Below the pieces are notes generated by a model. It was not told the DNA's origin. It saw only the letters and a program-made list of their open reading frames with translations, and did no database searches. Positions 27,113-32,000 of a DNA stretch of 32,000 nt are shown piece after piece; the stretch's first letter is position 1, and each line of letters opens with the position of its first letter. The translations under genes were made by a program, and so were the position numbers. This DNA comes from Mycolicibacterium smegmatis. GTDB taxonomy: Bacteria; Actinomycetota; Actinomycetes; Mycobacteriales; Mycobacteriaceae. Where the stretch lies: the NCBI RefSeq assembly GCF_001457595.1, contig NZ_LN831039.1:3570001-3602000 (forward strand), written 5' to 3'.

Positions 27113-27370
27113 GACCGCAGTCTAGGTGTCATCGTCGGCCGATCGGCGCGCCCCCGGCGTGACGTGCGAGACATCCGCGCTGCCGATCACGCTCCGCGAC
27201 GGAGTTTGCCGTCGAGTTGTCCGACGGTGCGGATCCAGCCGTGATGGAAGCTGTCGTATTGCTCGGGCGGCAGCATCGAATGCTCGACAGACACCGCCGT
27301 ACGAGTGGTGGTCCTGGCACGACACCTACGCGGGGCCCCACGCGTAGCGGCCATCGGAGAAGATGGCCGG

Positions 27371-28927
27371 GTGACCCCCGCACCGTTGACGGTCCCCGCC
27401 CTGTTGCAGCGCAGTGTTCGCGAGTTCGGTGACGACACCTATCTGGTCACCCCGACCGGCAGAGCGACCTACCGCGAGATCGACAACCTGTCGGTGCGCG
27501 CGGCCCGGTGGCTGTTGGGTCAGGGTGCCGGCAAGGGGACCCGCGTCGGACTGTTCTTCGCCAACGGGATCGAGTGGATCACGTGGTGGCTCGCGGTGTC
27601 CCGCATCGGTGCCGTGGCCGTACCGCTGAGTACGTTGTACACCCCGGCCGAGATCGCCAAAGTGCTGCGCCTGGCCGATGTCGGGATCCTCGTTGCCCCG
27701 CCACGCGTCCTGAACATCGACGTCGGCCTGCGCCTGCGGGAGGCGCTGCCCGAACTCGCCGGCCAGCCCTCGCGCGCAATTGCGGTGCGCGCCACGCCGT
27801 TTCTGCGCCGCATCGCGATCACCGGCGAGACCGACCTGCCGTGTGCCACCCGCATCGACGACACGGGCGTCCCGCAGGAGATCCTCGCCGCGGCCGAATC
27901 CGAGGTGAGTCCCGCGGATCTGGCCGTCATGGTGCACACGTCGGGATCCACCGCGGATCCGAAAGGTGTTCTGCACACCCACGGCACGCTCGTGCGCCAG
28001 ACCTCGACGTGGCCTGCCGCGATCCGTGCGGTGACCGGTTCGCAAGGGCACGCCCGGATCCTGTGCGCCATGCCGTTTTTCTGGATCGGCGGACTGCTGG
28101 CGGCAACCGGGGCGCTGCACGAGCCCGTCACCTTGGCGATCCTGCCCAAGCTGGACGCCGGAGCGGCACTCGATCTCGCCGAACGTGAACGCATCACCGG
28201 GATCGTCGGCTGGCCCGCGTTCACGCAGCGGTTGCGGGAGCACCCGACTTTCTCCGTGCGGGACCTGAGCAGCGCGCCGATGCTGCGCGACGGTCCGCTC
28301 GACATCGCGATGACCGATGTCCCGGACGGATTCCCGGTGCACCGCACCATGACCGAGACCGCCGGCGGCTTCGCCTACACCGACATGCGCATCGTCGACG
28401 ACAACGGTGTGCCCGCCCCCGACGGGACCGTCGGCGAACTCCACGTCCGCGGCATCGGCGTGATGGCCGGCTACAACAAACGCGAACGGTTCGAGACGTT
28501 CGACGACGACGGTTGGTACCACACCGGCGACAAGGTGTACCGGCGCCCGGGTGATCCGAGGGTGTTCTACGTGGGTCGCACAACCGATCTCATCAAGGCG
28601 GCCGGGGCCAATGTCTCACCGCTGGAGGTCGAGGCGGTGCTGGCGGGGTTCGGCGAGGTCGCCCAGTGCCTGGTGCTCGGCGTCGACGACGCCGAGCGTG
28701 GTGAGGAGGTGTGCGCCGTGGTGGTTCCGTCCGGAACTCCCGGCGACACACTCGACGTCGCGTTGCTCGCACAGCGCGCTCGCGAGCAACTCTCGGCATA
28801 CAAGGTTCCCACGCGGTGGGTGATCGCCTGCAGCGACGACATCCCGACGTTGCCGAGCGGCAAGTTCGACCGGAAAGCGTTGCGCCGATGGATCATCGAC
28901 GAACGGCTCGGCGTCACGGCTCGGTGA
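27371..28927 (+). CDS. class I adenylate-forming enzyme (acyl-CoA synthetase/ligase-like), substrate unknown
   Basis: Motifs are HTSGSTADPKGVLHTH, WYHTGD, GRTTDLIKAAGANVSPLEVE and LPSGKFDRKAL. I prefer GTG 27371, with GGAGAAG 8 nt upstream, over the track start 27305. Confidence 0.85.
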   Translation: MTPAPLTVPALLQRSVREFGDDTYLVTPTGRATYREIDNLSVRAARWLLGQGAGKGTRVGLFFANGIEWITWWLAVSRIGAVAVPLSTLYTPAEIAKVLRLADVGILVAPPRVLNIDVGLRLREALPELAGQPSRAIAVRATPFLRRIAITGETDLPCATRIDDTGVPQEILAAAESEVSPADLAVMVHTSGSTADPKGVLHTHGTLVRQTSTWPAAIRAVTGSQGHARILCAMPFFWIGGLLAATGALHEPVTLAILPKLDAGAALDLAERERITGIVGWPAFTQRLREHPTFSVRDLSSAPMLRDGPLDIAMTDVPDGFPVHRTMTETAGGFAYTDMRIVDDNGVPAPDGTVGELHVRGIGVMAGYNKRERFETFDDDGWYHTGDKVYRRPGDPRVFYVGRTTDLIKAAGANVSPLEVEAVLAGFGEVAQCLVLGVDDAERGEEVCAVVVPSGTPGDTLDVALLAQRAREQLSAYKVPTRWVIACSDDIPTLPSGKFDRKALRRWIIDERLGVTAR

Positions 28928-29324
28928 GGCCCCCGGCCACGTCCTCGATCCGGTCGCGAAAGCCCGAGGCCGACCGCACGTCGGCGCCTGCGGCGCGGAC
29001 CCGTTCGGCGAGGCCGCGGTCGGAGGTCACGACCGTGACGTCCGAACGACCCGCAGCGAGCAGACGGACGATCTCGTCGTCGGCCGAGTTCGGCGCGGAG
29101 GCCGGTGCGTGCGTGACCTCGACGACGCGCGACTCGATCGGTGGGGTGGTCGGCGCCTCGAACACGACCGTGACGTGTGCACCTTCGGCCGACGCCCACC
29201 GCTCGAGCTGAGCGACCAGTCTTGCCATCGCGCCGCGGCGGTCCCGCGACCATCCATCGGGGCGTGAGCCGATCACGTTCATGCCGTCGACGATCCAGCG
29301 CACGGATTCGACCGTACCGCTCAC
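28914..29324 (-). CDS. YacP/Rae1-like NYN-domain (PIN-like) putative ribonuclease
   Basis: RWIVDGMNVIGSRPDGW, VTVVFEAP, NSADDEIV and VTVVTSDRGL match the acidic-residue pattern of NYN/YacP proteins. GTG 29324 overlaps the TetR stop as GTGA. An alternative start is GTG 29303. The track ORF runs to 29408, inside the TetR gene. Confidence 0.72.
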   Translation of the reverse strand: MSGTVESVRWIVDGMNVIGSRPDGWSRDRRGAMARLVAQLERWASAEGAHVTVVFEAPTTPPIESRVVEVTHAPASAPNSADDEIVRLLAAGRSDVTVVTSDRGLAERVRAAGADVRSASGFRDRIEDVAGGLTEP

Positions 29325-29908
29325 CCGGCAACGAACAGGTTCCGCAGATCGTCGAGCACCTCGCGCATCACCATCCGTAGGTCGGTCTCGTGTTCGACCT
29401 CGACCCACCTTGCGAAGGCCACCTTGAACACCGCGATACCGGCCTCGCCGGCCACCTCCGCGGTCGCTCGCGGAATGCCGCGATCACGTAGGGCCTCCGC
29501 GATCGCGGCAGCCAGCGTCGCCAGCTTGATCAGTTCCCGTTCCTGCAGTGCGGTGTTCGCATTCACCACGGCCTGACGTCGACGCGCGTCGGCATGCCTG
29601 CCTGCGAACATCTCCCCCACGGTGTCGAGTCCGGCCGCGACGGCGTCGAGCGCGGCAACTGCCGGACCGGAAGCCCAGGGGGCCCCGACTGCTGTGGCGA
29701 CCGCGCCGACGAACAGTTCCTGCAGCACGTGTTCGCCGCCGAACAGCACCTCGCGCTTGTCCGCGTAATGCCGGAAGAAGGTGCGCTCGGTGAGACCGGC
29801 GCGTTCGGCGATCTCGGCGACCGTTGTGAGTTCGAACCCGCGCTCGGCGTACAGCTCGAGGGCGGCACGTTCCAGGCGGCCGCGCGCATCGGGCTCCCAA
29901 CGACTCAT
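29321..29908 (-). CDS. TetR/AcrR-family transcriptional regulator
   Basis: The helix-turn-helix is LERAALELYAERGFELTTVAEIAERAGLTERTFFRHYADKRE. The gene is divergent from an SDR gene, with a palindromic operator between them. Confidence 0.9.
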   Translation of the reverse strand: MSRWEPDARGRLERAALELYAERGFELTTVAEIAERAGLTERTFFRHYADKREVLFGGEHVLQELFVGAVATAVGAPWASGPAVAALDAVAAGLDTVGEMFAGRHADARRRQAVVNANTALQERELIKLATLAAAIAEALRDRGIPRATAEVAGEAGIAVFKVAFARWVEVEHETDLRMVMREVLDDLRNLFVAG

Positions 29909-29929
29909 GTGCCGATCGTAGGGGAATGA

Positions 29930-29969
29930 CAGTCACTGACATGGAGTTGCATACTGATGTCAGTGACTG
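29930..29969. promoter_or_regulatory. TetR-type operator: 13-bp perfect inverted repeat CAGTCACTGACAT-n14-ATGTCAGTGACTG
   Basis: It lies in the 101-nt divergent region between the TetR gene (ATG 29908, minus strand) and the SDR gene (ATG 30010, plus strand). Each arm also contains its own small palindrome (CAGT-n-ACTG). Confidence 0.6.
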
Positions 29970-30009
29970 ACACCGACCGGGTGCAGTCCACGCCATCAGG
30001 AGGTTCACC

Positions 30010-30921
30010 ATGCGCGTTTTTGTCACCGGAGCTTCCGGCTTCATCGGCTCCGCGGTAGCCGACGAGCTCATCGCTGCAGGTCACACCGTCATCGGGCTGG
30101 CTCGATCCGATGCGTCGGCCGAGGCGCTGACACGGGCGGGTCACGAGGTCCACCGCGGAGACCTCACCGATCTGGACAGTCTTCGCGCAGGCGCCGCATC
30201 CGCCGACGGGGTCATCCACCTCGCATTCGTGCACGATTTCGAGAACTTCGCCGGGGCTGTCCAGACCGACAGTGCCGCGATCGAGGCGCTCGGGGAGACA
30301 CTGGCCGGGTCCGACCGTCCGCTTGTCGTCGCCGCGGGCGTCGCCGGCCTTCCGCGCGGCACCACCGAAGATGACGCGATTCCCGCCGGGTTCCCACGCC
30401 TGTCGGAAACCACAGCGCTGAACCAGGTTTCGAAAGGCGTACGGGCCTCGGTGGTGCGCCTGCCACCGTCGGTGCACGGTCGTGGCGACTACGGATTCGT
30501 GCCCAGGCTGATCTCGATCGCCCGCGAACGAGGTGTGTCGGGCTATCCGGGTGACGGGTCCAACGCGTGGTCGGCCGTGCACCGTGTCGATGCGGCACGC
30601 GTGTTCCGGCTCGCGCTCGAAGATGCACCGGCAGGCTCGCGGTGGCACGCGGTGGCCGACGAGGGCATCGCAGTTCGGGAAATTGCCGAGACCATCGGTC
30701 GCGGTCTCGGCCTGCCGGCGGTGTCGGTACCTCCCGACCAGGCGACGGCGCATTTCGGCTGGCTGGGTGGATTCTTCGCCGTCGATGCCAACCTGGGAAG
30801 CGCGCTGACCAGGCAACGGTTGGGGTGGGAACCCACCGGTCCGGGTCTGCTGGCCGATCTCGACGCGGGGCACTATTTCGAGTCCGCCGCCGGCCAGGGT
30901 CTCGAGACGGTCACGGGCTGA
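30010..30921 (+). CDS. atypical SDR / NAD-dependent epimerase-dehydratase (NmrA-like) family oxidoreductase
   Basis: MRVFVTGASGFIGSAVADELIAAGHTVIGLARS is a Rossmann fold. AGGAGG lies 6 nt upstream of ATG 30010. Confidence 0.85.
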   Translation: MRVFVTGASGFIGSAVADELIAAGHTVIGLARSDASAEALTRAGHEVHRGDLTDLDSLRAGAASADGVIHLAFVHDFENFAGAVQTDSAAIEALGETLAGSDRPLVVAAGVAGLPRGTTEDDAIPAGFPRLSETTALNQVSKGVRASVVRLPPSVHGRGDYGFVPRLISIARERGVSGYPGDGSNAWSAVHRVDAARVFRLALEDAPAGSRWHAVADEGIAVREIAETIGRGLGLPAVSVPPDQATAHFGWLGGFFAVDANLGSALTRQRLGWEPTGPGLLADLDAGHYFESAAGQGLETVTG

Positions 30922-31003
30922 CGGTCAATCGCTGCGCGGCCGGTCGATTCGAGGTTCACTGGAAGCCTCATCCGGCACACGCACGTGGGAAGGAGCAACC
31001 GTC

Positions 31004-32000
31004 ATGGTCGCCGAACCCAACCCTGTTCCCCCTGCGGCGACCCCCAGATCTGCTCCCCGCCACATCCGCCTGACGTCGCATCACGGCGCCGAGGGCGCGC
31101 TCGCCATCCGGTGGGGCGCGCCCACGGCCGCCGAACGCGGACCGTTGATCGGCACCACGACCACGCGCGCGCACCGCAACGTGATCGGTACCCACAGCGG
31201 TTCCTACAGCGTGTACCGCGCCCTGGCCGTCGCTTCCGGGGCGTTGTCACCAGAGCACCGGGCCGATCTGACCAACACCGCACCGACCGATGTCATCGGC
31301 CCGTATGCGCAATGGAGCGATCCGAGCGCGATCGTGAGTCTGGACCCGTGGGGCGCGATGGTGGCCGAGGCGTTCACCACCGAACTCGCGGCCGGTTTCG
31401 ACATCAGGCCCACCATCGCGATCACCAAGGCCCATGTGATCCTGCCCGAGATCGCCGATGCCATCGCCAAGGGCCGACTGCAGCCAGACGGACGGATTCT
31501 CCTTCCTAACGGCGCGGCGCTGGTGACCAAGGCCGCGATCGAGCCGGTGTGGTACCTGCCCGGGGTCGCGGCGCGATTCGGTTGCAGCGAGACCACTTTG
31601 CGTCGCGTGCTGTTCGAGGAGACCGGCGGCATGTACCCGGAGTTGGTCACCCGCAGCGATCTGGAGGTGTTCCTCCCGCCGATCGGCGGTCAGACGCTCT
31701 ACATCTTCGGCAACGCCCGCGACCTGGCCGATTCGTCGGTGGAACTGACCGCGCGGGTGCACGACGAGTGCAACGGTTCCGATGTCTTCGGCTCCGACAT
31801 CTGTACGTGCAGGCCCTATCTGACGCATGCGATCGAGGAGTGCATCCGGGGTGCGCAGCGCGGCGGGGTCGGTCTGGTGGCCTACTCCCGCAAGGAGGGC
31901 CGCGCACTCGGCGAGGTGACCAAGTTCCTCGTCTACAACGCACGCAAGCGGCAGGCCGGCGGCGACACCGCCGATCAGTATTTCGCCCGCACCGAGTGCG
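31004..32000 (+). CDS. GTP cyclohydrolase II family protein with long N-terminal extension (URC1-like); 3' end outside window
   Basis: Not in the ORF track because there is no stop in the window. GAAGGAG lies 8 nt upstream of ATG 31004, and the frame stays open to the window edge. The C-terminal part ARVHDECNGSDVFGSDICTCRPYL...VAYSRKEGRALGEVTKFLVYN parallels E. coli RibA [24 protein letters not shown]...YHRQEGRNIGLLNKIRAY. Confidence 0.85.
   Translation, partial: MVAEPNPVPPAATPRSAPRHIRLTSHHGAEGALAIRWGAPTAAERGPLIGTTTTRAHRNVIGTHSGSYSVYRALAVASGALSPEHRADLTNTAPTDVIGPYAQWSDPSAIVSLDPWGAMVAEAFTTELAAGFDIRPTIAITKAHVILPEIADAIAKGRLQPDGRILLPNGAALVTKAAIEPVWYLPGVAARFGCSETTLRRVLFEETGGMYPELVTRSDLEVFLPPIGGQTLYIFGNARDLADSSVELTARVHDECNGSDVFGSDICTCRPYLTHAIEECIRGAQRGGVGLVAYSRKEGRALGEVTKFLVYNARKRQAGGDTADQYFARTEC

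Noticed and set aside
27196-27226. Alternating 6-bp complementary elements CGACGG / CCGTCG / CGACGG that could form mutually exclusive hairpins.
   Set aside because: The stems are only 6 bp of GC-rich sequence, which is easily expected by chance in this composition. There is no associated leader peptide or terminator.

Overview
High-GC actinobacterial chromosomal DNA that looks like Mycobacteriaceae. Supporting genes are a furA-katG pair, an Rv1288-like LysM-esterase, a FadD32-like fatty-acyl-AMP ligase (FAAL), an LpqC-like lipoprotein esterase, a type II NADH dehydrogenase (NDH-2) and a ThrE-family exporter. I can support about 33 densely packed protein-coding genes, three of them below the 60-aa ORF-track cutoff. 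There are also two strong intrinsic-terminator hairpins, two classic TetR operators in divergent promoters, and a probable leaderless furA promoter. I saw no rRNA, tRNA, CRISPR array, transposase, integrase or phage genes. Most of the window is ordinary housekeeping and accessory metabolism: serine dehydratase, oxidoreductases, a HAD dehalogenase, a nitroreductase and an alcohol dehydrogenase (ADH). Four things are least explained by standard annotation. (1) A TetR regulator is translationally coupled through a GTGA overlap to a YacP/Rae1-like NYN ribonuclease, a toxin-antitoxin-like layout with an atypical partner. (2) Closely related AT-rich palindromes (TGATAWCGTCAWTC...) sit in three intergenic regions around a NarL-type response regulator and a soluble GAF histidine kinase, and those two genes converge with only 4 nt between their stop codons. 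(3) An orphan FAAL is co-directional with an ADH and a secreted esterase and divergent from a second adenylate-forming enzyme, with no carrier protein, PKS or NRPS in view. (4) A URC1-type GTP cyclohydrolase II with a long N-terminal extension is cut by the right edge. None of these is proven novel from sequence alone. All functional calls rest on motif recognition and on homolog sequences recalled from memory, not on database searches.
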